Assembly (NCBI RefSeq): GCF_009914755.1
Contig: NC_060926.1
Source of the DNA: the human T2T-CHM13v2.0 reference genome, Homo sapiens
Length of the DNA stretch: 64,000 bases
Direction: 5' to 3' (one strand)
A program made the translations under genes and the position numbers. Of the stretch, positions 17,152 to 34,032 are shown in pieces. The notes under the pieces were generated by a model, which worked only from the letters and a program-made list of their open reading frames with translations, did no database searches and was not told the origin of the DNA. Positions within the stretch are counted from its first letter, which is position 1. Each line of letters begins with the position of its first letter.

Positions 17152-17562
<411 letters not shown>

Positions 17563-17639
17563 TAATAGATTACATTCTCCTTTGAAACGTCTTTTTGTCC
17601 ACCTTTTTGCTGATTTTCTTGATGATGTTGTTGTTTTAT

Positions 17640-18238
<599 letters not shown>

Positions 18239-19239
18239 AAAAAAATAAGTTATTTTAAAGTCTCTCTCTGATAACAACATCTGATCTCATGTGGGCTCTA
18301 TTTCCTTTTCCTTTTGGTACCAGTTTTTCAGGATCCCTCATATTTTCTAATTTAACACCAGATATCTTGAGTAAAAAATTCACAGAAGCTTTGGGTAGTA
18401 GTATCTTCTCCCAAGAGGGGTTAGGTTAAGTTTTCTTAGGGAAGGCAAATTGAGTAACGGCAAATACCTCATTCCTTTTAAGACTTGGTTTTACGCTTTT
18501 AAAGGGCAAGTTTACTCATTGTTGCCCTTATTCCCAGCGCCTGCTATTTATTATAGAAGATGGCCCTTCTGGGGGTCAACAGAAGCCAACGCAAGATATC
18601 TGTAAACAATTTCTTACCTCAACAAGGCTCAACCCCATCTCTGTCTACTTAGTACCACAATACTGCTAAAATCTTGGCTTAGTTTTTATCCTTCCCAACT
18701 CTATATTTCTTCTAGGTTTCTTGGGATCTCATTCTGTGCATGTATAGTTTAGGAAATAGCCAAAGACTTAAGGCTAACGTGTATGCAGATTTTCTTTATA
18801 ATTCTCTCAAGTTTCCTCCTCTCTGAGATTTTTATCTTCGTATCTACATGCACAGTGCATAGTTTGGGAAGTAGACAGAATAGTCTCTGAGAGAAACAAG
18901 TAGAAGCAGCCTGTTTGACTTATGTTGCTTAAGGCTTAAGGAAGATAAATTGAATATTCGGTGATGAATTTAGGCAGCTGAAAAGGAAAAAACAAATTAT
19001 GGGAGCTAATAATGTATTATTTTTGTTAGGTTTTCAAAATTCTGAACATTTTCTTCCTGTTCCCAGCTATCATATCATACTTTCCTAATAACCTAAAAAA
19101 ATACGACTGCCATTTAAGAAGTATGAAATGTAAAACATTAAGTACCAATTAAGAAATATGAAGTCATTTTAAAAAGAAAAAAAAGTTTCTCAAGTCAAAC
19201 AGTCTTCAGTATAACTCATGCAAGGATTGGTCTTGCAAA

Positions 19240-19690
19240 GCTGATGTGCTGAATATAAGAATAAGCAATGGAAGCAAACAGAAGGATAAAATAAAGAGTC
19301 TCACTCCATTTTTTGATGTTTACATGCAAGCCCTCTTACCCTTCTGCCCCAATTGTGTACAAGCAGATACGAAAGTGTGGGTGCTATTTCCTTTGGCACT
19401 GGTGGGAAATACAAGCTATGCAAGCCCCGGCCCACATGGTAAGAACCCTCACCTTAACCCCACCCCATAAGCCCAATAAGAGACTATGCCTGTCTCTTCT
19501 CCTTGTTTTTTTTTCAAGTCATTTTTATATCTACTTGGGAGCCTGCCCTCCTCATCCCAGAAAGACTTGTTATGTCAGTAATAAACCCTTTCATACCCTC
19601 TTCATGTCTGGGTAGCATCATCAGCCTCGACATCCAAATGAAATTTTGAGTGGAAAGGTCCATTGCATCTCTTCAGGGTGACCATGATAA
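19240..19690 (+). mobile_element. Degenerate ERVL-class solo LTR (MER54/MER73/74-like)
   Basis: AATAAA near 19580, followed by CATCATCAGCCTCGACATCC...GGGTGACCA, which resembles the U5 ends of this group. Confidence 0.45.
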
Positions 19691-19827
19691 AGGGAAAGCC
19701 ATCTTTCAATATACGTTAATAAACTGGCATTGTGATTTTTATAAAAGAGTTTCCTTGAGCTTTATTAGCTAGAGTAAAACATCTCAGGATTTGATCAACT
19801 TGCTGTCACTGAAAATAATAAATTTCT

Positions 19828-20182
19828 TGGTTGGGTACAGTAGATCACATCTGTAATCCCAACATTTTGGGAGGCCGAGGCAGCAGGACTGCTTGAGGCC
19901 AGGAGTTCAAGACCAGTTTGGGCAACAGAGAGAGACTCTGTCTCTATAGAAAAATTTAGTAATCCCCAGGTGTGGTGGCATGTGCCTACAGTCCAACTAA
20001 TGGGGAAGCTGAGGTGGGAGGACTGCTTGAGTCCAGAAGGTTGAAGCTGTAGTGTGCCATTACCACGTCACTGCACTCCAGCCTGGGTGACAGAATGAGA
20101 CCCTGAAAAAAAAAAAAAGGAAACAAAGAAAAGAAAAAAGAAAAGAAAAGAAAAGAAAGGAGAAGAAAAGAAGAAAAGAAAA
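19828..20182 (+). mobile_element. AluJ with a (GAAAA)n tail
   Basis: Dimer; TSD AAATTTCTT. Confidence 0.85.
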
Positions 20183-20622
20183 TTTCTTAATCTACCCATT
20201 TCCTAATCTACTTGAAGATCATACCCTATGGTATTAGGACTGACACTGACACTCAGTTTTTGTCCAGCTATCTTTCCTGGTAAGAACCCCCAACTTCTTA
20301 TTCAGCATCTCTTTAGTTTAAAGATTATGTAGTGAAATGACTAAAAGTGATTCTCAGAAATTAGAAAGATATTTATCAATACAAAGTGAAACATTTGGGT
20401 ACTATTTTTCTTAGGTATTTGTTTTTGGTTGTTCATTTTTGGGACATGGTGAGGTAGGAAATAAAGTTTGATGAAACAAACTAGAAAAATACATAGTTCT
20501 AAATTAGAAAATAAAAGTATATTGGCATAATCTCATATTCCCATTAAAGAAAGGAATAATACATAGAATGACTCAGTTCTAAATAAAATTTGAAAAGGAC
20601 TACCTTTTAAAATAAACTTTTA

Positions 20623-21606
<984 letters not shown>

Positions 21607-22443
21607 AGATTTCAGTATTTTGAAAAGAATTGAAAACAGCATAGCATTCAATTATAAAAGCAACAACACACTTCAAGTAATTTAGGCATACAGGAATAAC
21701 TACACTCAACATGTGGTTCAAAGCCCTGGGCTCTAACAACAATAGAATTTGTTAATGTGGAACTCTTCAGTGTTTCATCACCATTAAGGCTAAATCAATG
21801 ATTAAGAATCAAAGTCTTGAATAAACAATAGTACAAATGTCCAGGTAGCTACATAAGAATTAAATAGAATACATTAACCTCAAGAACACATTTCATCAAT
21901 GTTTTCAAAATTGTAAATCACCATTTTACTTAGGAGAATAATTTTAGGTTTCCTAAATGTTTTATTCTATGAAATTATTAAGAGCAATTAAATAACAATT
22001 ATCCTGATACATAAAATTTCAGTTTCACTTTTTTATACTGTGATTACTTTTATAAAGCAATTTTTATTTCTATGCATTAAAAATGCTCATTGACATTTTT
22101 CGAAACTAAAAACTTTTCCGGTTTTAATGTTATAAGCAGCTTGTTCCTTTGAAGGCAGATAGGTAGGTTTGTCTTTAAAATAGGTGGCCTGTTTGTTATA
22201 AAAGAGATTGCTTTGGAGGACCCTTTTAGGTATGCTTTTAAAATCTTAGTGAGGATTTCAATTAAGAAAGAAAACCCGCATAAAGAAATAGCAGACTGAA
22301 ATACTATGTTCTGTTACTTATTATTAAGGGGGTATATATTTTAGCAGAACCACTTTCTTGTTCTTGTACATTGTTAGTGCTATTTCCAATAGAGAATTTT
22401 AGATGGTACACGTGATTATTTGTTCTTAGAATTGTGTGTGTAC

Positions 22444-22793
<350 letters not shown>

Positions 22794-23181
22794 CTAGGAA
22801 AAGAGAACAGACCATATGGGTATGCACATAGCCCTGATCTTCTTCTTACTCAAGACAGAAGAGTCTATGCTTTGGGAACTGTGCTATCACTTTCCTGATG
22901 GTTGGTTGGTACTTGTGTGCAGGAGCAGGCTTTCTCTTGAAGGGAATGCACTGGGAACAGAGGAAGGCAGAAAGGAGATGGGCCTTAGAGAGCAGCAGGA
23001 TGAGAGGAAAAAAACTTATTTATCTAAAGGGAGGGCACTGAGTCGGGGATGGTGGCAGAACTTAAGTAGAGTTGTAGTCCAAAGCATGGCTTAGAGATGC
23101 CCATATTGGGACTAGAAAAAGAAAATCAGGGAGAAGGCTCTGGAATGGTCTGAGAGGCTGGATATAAGCAAATATATGCCC

Positions 23182-23312
23182 CTTTTTATTTTTTTTCCTA
23201 GACATGGGTCTCTCTATGTTACTCAGGCTGGCCTCAAATTCCTAGGCTCAAGCAATCCTCTGGCCTCAGCCTCCAGAGTACCTAGGATTACAGGTGCACA
23301 CCACTGTGCCCC
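23182..23312 (-). mobile_element. FLAM monomer
   Basis: Single reverse monomer. Confidence 0.7.
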
Positions 23313-23704
23313 ACTTGAGCAAACGTGTTTTAAGAATAGACATTTCTAGTGGCAGTTAGATGTTATGCTTTTAATGTGGTATTTTTATCCTCCTCCAGTC
23401 TCTAGTAAAGTTTTATTCAAAGTCACAGCTTTACAAATGGAATAAAATGTCATCAACTGATAAATCTGAGTAAAGGGTATATGGATGATCTTTGTATTAT
23501 TTATGTTCCTGAAACCCTTCTGTAAGTATGAAATGACTTTCAAGTAAAAAGATTAAAAAAAAAGTTACAGCTCTACAACGTAGTAGCAGTCGTGCTTGGT
23601 GGAAGGAAAAGAGGGCTGTTCTACACTTCAAAAGTAGTAGACAAAAAGAAGTGATAATCTATATCACACAGTGCCAAAAGAAGCAAAATTTCTAAATTCT
23701 TATT

Positions 23705-23860
23705 CATTTATTTGAGACAGGATCTCGCACTGTTGCCCAGGCTGGAGTGCAGTGGCATGATCATAGTTCATTGTAACCTCAAACTCCTGGCTCAAGTGAT
23801 CTTCCTGCCTCAGCCTCCCAAGTAGCTGGGACTACAGGCAAGCATCACCTCACCCAGCTC
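23705..23860 (-). mobile_element. FRAM/AluJ right monomer
   Basis: Single reverse monomer. Confidence 0.7.
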
Positions 23861-24354
23861 ATATTTAATCTTAAAGAGTCACAAGACAGTAAAAAATGAG
23901 ATACTTAACTATAATGGGAACTGCTCACATGCATATGTATTATTCATTCAACAGTACCATTCCTCAGATAAAATTTGAAGTTCAGAAATAAATTTTCCAT
24001 AATTTTTGTACGTTTTAAATCTGTTTTGTAAAATTAAAACCAAGTTAACAAACTTAATTAAGATTCTAGTCATTTTTTTCCACTTGCATTGTAGTATAGG
24101 AGCCTCAGCAATTTCTTAAAATTGAGAGCCCAACACAGCACAAAGAAAATAACTACAAGTGCTTGGGTAGGGTAGGGAGAAAGAAAAGGAAAGGACAAAA
24201 AGAAATGGGGGGAAAAAGTCCAATCTCCCAGTTATGCTCTAAGTTCTTACAATCTATTATACCTAGGCATCATTTAGATACATGTTAAAAATTCAGACTT
24301 CAGGACAACACCTCAAATTCTGATTCAATAGAAATGGACTTTTAAAATAAAAAT

Positions 24355-24585
24355 CCCTTTGGGAGGCTGATATGTGAGGATTGTCTGATGCCAGGATTTT
24401 TGAGATCAGCCTGGGCAATATAGAGAGACCACATCTCTACAAAAAATACAAAAATTTGCTGATGTGCTGGCATGTGCCTGTAGTCATAACTACTGGGGAG
24501 GCTGAGCTAGGAGGATTGTTTGAGGCCAGGACACTGCACTTCAGCCTGAGTGAAACAGCAAGAACTCGTCTCTAAAAATAAAAGA
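24355..24585 (+). mobile_element. Degenerate AluJ
   Basis: Partial dimer. Confidence 0.7.
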
Positions 24586-24588
24586 AAT

Positions 24589-24687
24589 GAAGGAAGGAGG
24601 GAAGGAGGGCAGGAAGGAAGGAGGGCAGGAGGGAAGGAGGGAAGGAAGAAGGGAAGGAAGGAGGGAGGGAAGGAAGGAAGGAAGGGG
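24589..24687. repeat. (GGAA/GGGA)n polypurine microsatellite
   Basis: About 100 bp, almost purely purine. Confidence 0.9.
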
Positions 24688-24992
24688 CAAGCAAAAATGA
24701 TTCTTATGTGGATGACTCTCAGGTTGCATTTTGAGAATAACTACTATAATGATTAAACTTTGGGAAAAAAATCTTAGCTTTGCCTAATTTTTGGCCATTT
24801 CCTCATCAGGAGAAACAAACAGATAAAAACACGAAAAACACTTCCATGATTTGATTCTTGAACTTTTAAATCATTTCTGGGGTATCTGGTTTCTTGACTG
24901 ACCTTTAATTACAATTCCAAGGCAGTATAAACATAGTGCTTTCTACCCTGCTATATAGTATGTAGAATAAATTTATCTAAAACAGAATTTGG

Positions 24993-25829
<837 letters not shown>

Positions 25830-27262
25830 TCACAATCTACTTGAATTAGCTAGCAATTTTATAGAAAAAGACTAATTTCAGAAGTTTAATAAAGGCACTG
25901 AAAGGGTATCTAATTTGCACCTTGCTTTGATTATATATCTCAGGTAATCAATTAAAGTGCTATATATAAGGCTCAATGATCAACCTTAACTGTTTAACAA
26001 ATTGGAAGAACAATAACTTGCATCACTAAAATTTCTATACGTAATGAACACAGTGAAAATATAACATATTCTTAAAAAAAGTGTATGAAAAATACTAAAT
26101 TTTCTATGTTGTTTACTAACACTGAATTTGTTGATCACAAATGTAAACAAAAGGGTGTTTCAAAACACATGAAGATAAGGATTAGGAAACAAAGAGCAGA
26201 TAAGAAGCATTTGCACTTGGCAAACTTGATTACTGCCATTAAGGACCATAGATAAGTTCAGTTGGAGATTTTATAAAAGGAAGATGAATAAATCCCTTGC
26301 TTAGTATCATAAATAATTACAGCGTGATGCTTTATATCCTTTTTAATGTGGCAACACTATAATTAATTTGAAGACATCATAATTAGAAAATAAAGAACCC
26401 TGTATTGAAATTCAGACTAGTATATTAAAATACTATGTTCTGCAGTTACATAATGACACATAAAATTATGGTGGAAGTAAAATAAATAAATAAAGACACC
26501 ACTTATTTGTAACAAAGGGAAAATTATTTCTGCTTTTAAAATAAGGAATCAAAAGCACATCCATCAACAGCTTGAGACAAAATTTTTGCAGGTTATTAGG
26601 ATGCTTTCGGTTGAACAAGTACTTGGATTAATCTGTCAATTCATGTGTTGACACATAGCAATCACTTCAGAATAAACCATTAGAAAGAATTCCAAATCTC
26701 AACTAGGTAATTTTTGGAAATGTTAATTAAACAATGATGGAGATTCCCTACTCAGATTCAGAACGTACACCCTTTTAAGATGGGTCTCGTATATATTAAA
26801 AAGAGGGAGAAAGAAAGGACGCCTTTGTGAAAGTTTTTTTTTTAAGAAAAGTACAAATTAACTTACCTAATGGTTACTAAATCGTTACATAAAATGAAAA
26901 AGGAAATAAGCAAGAGGAAAACAAAATGCTGGTTAATCACATCCTCTGCCAGTTGCCAAAATACAACAATTGACTAAAAATTGAGCCCTAATGAGTTGAG
27001 TAGTTTCAAAAGTTAAAACATAAAGGAAGGCCACTGAATACTGAGATTAGGCTGGGTATTATGTGCAGAAATGAAAACAAGAATATGAATCAAATGAGAC
27101 AGCAAAATCAATTTGTTATTCTAAGAAAGACATGGAATGTTACAAGTAAAATTTGCTGTTTAAATTGAGTTAGGCAATAAAAGAAAAAAAAAGGACTACT
27201 AAGAAAAAGAAAGAGAAAACTATCAATTCTTGTAAGTATTTATTATTTAAAAATTAATTTTT

Positions 27263-27568
<306 letters not shown>

Positions 27569-29094
27569 TTATATATTTAAAGAACGTTGGCACCAATGAT
27601 TTTTACTCTAAAAACCACTCCAACTCTGCTTTGTAAAAATGGCCGTGCAAATATGTGCTAATTACCTTGATATTTGCAAGTTGGTGCTCAGAATTCATAC
27701 TTTAGGACAGGAGGCTCTGGAGTGGTGGCCCATAGTGTGATCTCTTGGACCTGTATGGTAAGAACCTCAGTTTATAGTGTTTAAAACTCAGATCTGTGTA
27801 AAAATGTGACTCCTGGCTTCTCTCAACAACTCAGGACTGGTGGCAGCCACGTCCCCGTGTAGACAGTGGACTGGAGGCGGGGACTGCTCCTTAGCTGGGG
27901 TCCTCTCATCCCAGTGTGCCCATGTCCCTGCGAGGACTTCACTCCCTGGAGGCCCTGTCTGTATCTGCTTTTGGGATGCCTGCCTTAAGGATTGATGTCA
28001 AGTCTTTATAAACAATCACTGTGTGTGTGTTTGTGTTTGAGAGTGCGTACATGAACAAGAGAGAGAAAACCAAAAATCACAAATCTGGAAAAGTTAATAA
28101 AGATCTAGAACCTAAAAAAAATAAATAAATAAATAAACCACCCCATTGTCAAGGTAGAGTTTCCTGGGTCTAAACCATATGGTTTTCTTCTCTACGGTAG
28201 CATCTACATAAATTGTTTCTGCATTAAACATAGTGATAGATAACTTTTCCCTATAATGCAATGTCACCATGATCTCCAGGGTAGTACTATGACAAGGTGA
28301 AAAATATTCAGTTTCTGACATTTTTATTGGATAGAGATGTCCCTTGTTTTCCCAATATAACTAAATATATTATTGAATAACTTCTCTTTTACTCAATAGC
28401 ATGAATTAACTGAGAAGTTATTCAATAATGTTTATTAGTTATAATAACCAATAATAACAGGTTATTATTGAATAACTTCTCTGTTCTTTTGTCTTCTAGT
28501 AGAATTAGTAATAGCTCCAAATTTCTTAAATGAATCTATACATAGAATATACTCAAAAGAGCACAGTCTGTCAATTATTACTTAAGGAATTCACTTTTAA
28601 TCTATAAAAAGAAATGAGATGTCAAAACTGATAATGTCATCACATGCTAGTCACATTCCTAATTTATTAAATATTATTCATGTCAAAATTTTAAAATGAC
28701 TTTAATTTTGTAGAATCAGTTGATAAGAGAAAATGCAATACATAATGAACTTCAGAAAAGTTAATGAGAAGGTTATCTAAAAATATCTTCCTAAGAAAAA
28801 AATTTCAAATTGGGTTAAGAGTCAAAATAAATGTTATTTGCTATGTACTAATAACTACAACAATAAACAATAAATAATGAAAGTTAGTTTTTAGGAGAAA
28901 ATGAATATGTTAAGACCAAATCTGGGCTTGATTTTATTTTACTGAAATATTAGTGGCATTAAAAGCAGTGAAAATAGTTCATTAAATTCATGGTTAACAT
29001 CATGTCATAAACTAATAAGTTAAAATAAAATAACAAAATATTATGAAAATGTTGAAATAAAGTAGTAAATGGTAGGAATCAATATTGAAATAAA

Positions 29095-29325
29095 AAAGTA
29101 AGATAGCTGGGTGACTGTAGTTAATAATAATTTAATTGTACATTTGAAAATAACTACGAGTATAATTGGATTGTTGCAACACAAAGGATAAATGCTTGAG
29201 GAGATGGATACCCCATTTACCTTAATGTGATTATTACACATTGTATGCCTGTATCAAAATATCTTATATACCCCATAAATATATACATCTACTATGTACC
29301 CACAAAAATTAAAAATTAAAAAAAG
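29095..29325 (+). mobile_element. L1MA 3' end fragment
   Basis: GGGTGACTGTAGT...TACTATGTACCCACAAAAATTAAAA. Confidence 0.8.
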
Positions 29326-30562
29326 ACAGCTAACTCAATCCATGAATTAATGATCTATTATAAAATAACCTAAAACGTAAATTTCAAATAAAAATGTACT
29401 GAAAAATAGCAGAAAATTTCAGCAGACAGCATTTACTCGTCTTTTCTAATATTATTTATCAATAATAGCCTCAATACCAACATTAACAAAAATAGATAAA
29501 GAGTCATTTCATTTTGCCTGTAAACTCACTTAGGACAGAGAAGAAAAAGGCTTTGGAGGGGTGAAAATAAAAAATAAGATGCAGACACATAACTTAAAAC
29601 ACTCTATTAGATTAAGTAAAGGGCCTAACTTGTCTCAGTAGTTGATAACTTTGAGTAACAAAAAAGGTTAAATTATGTTCAGAGTACAATGTTTAAAAAA
29701 ACAGAAATACATAGAAAGTATTTGAAAAAAATGTTTCTTTCAAAACTGTTACGGTAAAAAAAAAAATGGAATGCCTGGCTATCCTAAAAACTCTGACTCT
29801 CTAGAAATATCTCATTTCCTATGGGCTTAAATATATAAAATTTCAAAACAGTAAAACATTGCCATCATTACAAATATATTTTATTAATAGTTTGTTTCTA
29901 AATTAATGTTTAAAAAATTGAAAGCAGTATGAGAAGATTAGAACCTGCAGAAAATGTCAAAGATTAAATCATTCTACTGAAAACTTCTGAACCACTGATG
30001 AGTAAAATTAGATAAAGGTTAAGAGAAAGAGACACACTTTGCCTCACTATAATATATAAGAAGAGGACACGAAGCTAAGAATCAAGAAAAGTCAATCTTA
30101 CACTTGTTTTTTTAAAGCAATGCAAGTTTTTTACAAATAAAATATTATACAGAAACTCAACATTTGTAAAGCCGAAAAAGTGAGACCACTATAGCCGAAG
30201 TAAGGTGGGGACCTCATAGTCCCATACCCTCAGTCTCAACCTCAGTTCTGTGAAAGACAGTTCTGTGAAACAGGGCTTGCAAATCATTGAGGGTTGCTCA
30301 GTCAATAAACTCCTCAATTTTCGTTTTTTCAATGCTGGTTTTCTACTTATTTCTTTTACAAGACCCACTTCCAATCTACCTCCTCCACAAACCCTTCCAA
30401 CTTAATCAATATGAAATTAATGGTTCCTTCCACAATAGTATCATAGACTTTATATTGTAAACTTCACTTCCAATATTTCCAGTACCCTACATTTTACAGA
30501 TACCACACAGAGCTATACACCCCCACTCATCCTTACTTGATTAGAGGGAGGGCATGTTTCTT

Positions 30563-31028
30563 TTTTTTTTTTTTTTTTTAATATCCTCGAAGATCTTTAT
30601 CTATACACATACAGATAAATAGCTATAATTTTGTGTGTTTTGAGGGACGTGGCTTAAACAAAAACAAGCTCATTTTTTACCTATTGTTCTATAATCTTTT
30701 TTTTTTTAACTTTTTTATTTCCATAGGTTACTGGAGAACAGGTAGTGTTTGGTTATATGAGTAAGTTCTTTAGTGGTGATTTGTGAGATTTTGGTGCACC
30801 CATCACCCAAGCAGTATACTCTGCACCCAGTTTTAGTCTTTTATCCTTCACCCGCTTCCCACCCTTTCCCCGAGTCCCCAAAGTCCATTGTGTCATTCTT
30901 ATGCCACTGCATCCTCATAGCTTAGCTCTCAGTTATGAGTGAGAACATATGATGTTTGGTTTTCCATTCTTGAGTTACTTCACTCAGAATTAATAGTCTC
31001 CAATATCATCCAGGTTGCTGCGAATGAA
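30563..31028 (-). mobile_element. 5'-truncated L1PB-like insertion with a 3'-transduced segment
   Basis: L1 3'UTR at 30697-31028, a second poly(A) at 30561-30579, TSD GGCATGTTTCTT at 30551 and 31029. Confidence 0.8.
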
Positions 31029-31279
31029 GGCATGTTTCTTAATCCATAGTTCTAAGAACTTACCAAACAGAAGACTCAATAATATTTATTTGTTGCATAC
31101 AGGAGTAAAAGTTAGATTAATCAATGGATACAGGAAAAAAATGGCTTTAAAATGTTTCAGTACAAAGAGTTAAGACTTGTATTGATAACCATCCCTAGCT
31201 ACTCTACATGAAAAGTTGGGAGCCTTTATGTATATTCTCAGTTGTCCAATTCCCAATACAGATGTGGGAAGAGGCCCAT

Positions 31280-31635
31280 TGATGTGATTTGGCTCTGTGT
31301 CCCCACCCAAATCTCACCTTGAATTGTAATAATCTGCATGTGCCAAGGGTGGGACCAGGTGGAGGTAACTGGCTCATGGTGGGGGTTTCCCTCATGCTGT
31401 TCGCATGATAATGAGTGAATCTCATGAGATCTGATGGTTTTATAAGCATCTGGCATTTCCCCTGCTTGCACTCATTCTCTCTCTCCTGCCACCCTGTGAA
31501 GAGGTGCCTTCTGCCATAACCTTAAGCTTCTTGAGGCCTCTCCAGCCATGTGGAACTGTGAGTCAATTAAACCTCTTTTATACATTGCCCAGTCTCAGGT
31601 ATTTCTTTACAGCAGCATGAGAATGAACTAACACA
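31280..31635 (+). mobile_element. THE1/MST (MaLR) solo LTR
   Basis: TG...TTTGGCTCTGTGTCCCCACCCAAATCTC...GAGTCAATTAAACCTC...CTAACACA. Confidence 0.85.
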
Positions 31636-32269
31636 CCAATAAAGTTGTGGCCTCTTTGGATTTTTAAGTTCTGTCAAAATTTAAGCTCATTACTCAAAAA
31701 GGAAAAGGAGGTTACAGGGTGGGATTTAATTTTAACCATTCTTCCCATTTTTAAACAACTGCTAGTCATAAAGAACATTTCACTTAATAAAAACTGGTAT
31801 GGTAGGAATGTTTGCAACATTTTCTTTACGATGCACTTGGAGGTGTTAATGTATTAATATAATAACAATACTTAGGGTGAGATGATGCTATTAGTGCTTT
31901 GTGCTTTTCAAATGCTGATGTGAACTTAAACATTAAATTCCAGGAGGATGCTTTGTGTCTGTATCTATCTGGGTATGGTTTAACTCACCATCACTGCCAC
32001 CTCTGCTTTTCATTTCGAATTTTGTCTAAGACTATTGAGAGAATACCACAATAACCCAGTTGTGCAAAACAGCAGGAGCTCTCAACAAAATTACATCAGC
32101 TTCCAAAGAAATCAGGACAGACTTCTTTAAAATTGAAGATGCAATCAATTGCATTTGTACTCTGCTAGTGGTCAAGATAAATTTTTAGGCTGAGAAATGA
32201 CTTAAACTTATTTAGAAAACCAAGAATACTCTATGCTAGACATTTTAATAAAGTTTTTGAAAAGATTCC

Positions 32270-32925
32270 TGTCAAGGGCTGAATGTTTTTTCTCCAAAAA
32301 ATTCATGTTAAAATCTCTAACCCTGAATGTATCAGGAGGTGGAGGTGGAGGCTTTTGGAGGGAAGTCATAAGGGTGGGGCCCTCATGAACCAGATCAGTG
32401 TCCTTTTAAAAGAGACTTCAGCCCACGCACGGTGGCTCACACCTGTAATTCTAACACTTTGGGAGGCCAAGGCAGGCAGAACACTTAAGGCCAGGAGTTC
32501 AAGACCAACCATGGTGAAACCCCATGTCTACTAAAACTACAAAAATTAGCCAGGTGTGGTGGCAGGTGCCTGTAATCCCAACTACTCGGGAGGCTGAGGC
32601 ACGAGAATCACCTGAACCTGGGAAGCAGAGACTGCAGTGAGCCAAGATGGTGCCACTGTGCCAGCCTGGGTGACAGAGCAAGACTCTGTCTCAAAAAAAA
32701 AAAAAAAAAGAGACACAGAGAAACTTAAGACTTCAGAAAGCAATCTCACCCCTTCTGCCATGTGACACATCAAGAAGATGGATGTCTATAAACCATCAGA
32801 TACTGAATCCGTTGGCGCCTTGATCTTAGACTTCCCAGCCCCCAGAACTGTGAGAAATACATATTTGTTTTTTAAGCCACCTGTCTATTGTATTTTTGTT
32901 ATAGGAGTCAGATGGGATCAAGACA
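32270..32925 (+). mobile_element. MLT1A-like LTR interrupted by an Alu (32420-32708)
   Basis: CTTGATCTTAGACTTCCCAGCC...AGAACTGTGAGAAAT; Alu TSD AAAAGAGAC. Confidence 0.7.
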
Positions 32926-33031
32926 ATCCCCAAACCCACTTAAAGGAATATCTGCTACTTTATCTCCATGCTTAGGATAACTGGAGGTGGGTGGTAGAAG
33001 GCATGGATCTAATTTAAAGCACTGGTTAAAA

Positions 33032-33601
33032 GGCCAGGTGCTGGCCAGGCGCGGTGGCTCATGCCTGTAATCCCAGCACTTTGGGAGGCGGATCATGAGA
33101 TCAGGAGATCGAGACCATCCTGGCTAACATGGTGAAACCCGTCTCTACTAAAAATACAAAAAAATTTGTTGGGCGTGGTGGTGGGTGCCTGTAGTCCCAG
33201 CTACTCAGGAGGCTGAGGCAGGAGAATGGTGTGAACCCGGGAGGCGGAGCTTGCAGTAAGCCAAGATTGCGCCACTGCACTCCAGCCTGGGCGACAGAGC
33301 GAGACTCCATCTCAAAAAAAAAAAAAAAAAAGCCAGGTGCAGTGGATCACACGGATAATCCTAGCACTTTGGGAGGCCAAGGCAGGATTGCTTAGGCTAG
33401 GAGTTTGAGACCAGCCTGGGCAACACAGTGGACCCTGTCTCTAAAAAAAAATTAAAAAATTAGCCTGATGTGGTGACATACACCTGTAGTCCTAGCTACT
33501 TGGGAGGCTAAGGCAGGAGGATTGCTTGAGCCCAGGAGTTCAAGGCTGTATTCCAGCCTAGGCGACAAAAGCGAGACTCCATCTCGAAAAAAAAAAAAAA
33601 A
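33032..33601 (+). mobile_element. AluY (33043-33331) inserted into the 5' end of an AluJ
   Basis: Inner TSD GCCAGGTGC; outer TSD AAAGCACTGGTTA. Confidence 0.85.
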
Positions 33602-34032
33602 GCACTGGTTACTGATAGACAAGACCTCCATTTGTCTAGGTGATGAGATCTTTTCTTTTTTCTGACTAGTTCAAGTGATCTTAAGTCAACATAAAGAATA
33701 AATTAATAAAAATTCATTCATTTGTTCAGGAGACATTAACTAGAAATACATTCTCAGGCACTGTGGTAAGTACATATGGCTCCTAGGAGTTCCAATCTGT
33801 GGAGAAAACCAGACAAGTACGGTAGGATATGATTCAAACTACAGCAGAAGTGAGAGCAGACAGGAACCAAAAGGCAACCAGAGATGGCAATATAGAGGTA
33901 GTGATATCTGAAGAATGTTTTGAAGGATTACTTTTTAGATAGACTTGAGAAAAATATGAGACACAGAAGAAGGAAAGGAATTAATCAGAGAAAGAACTAC
34001 ACAGAAATAGTAAAGCATAAAAAGTCATGATG

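Noticed and set aside
22816-23094. 92-aa ATG ORF
   Set aside because: No homology recognised; probably chance or a decayed old repeat.
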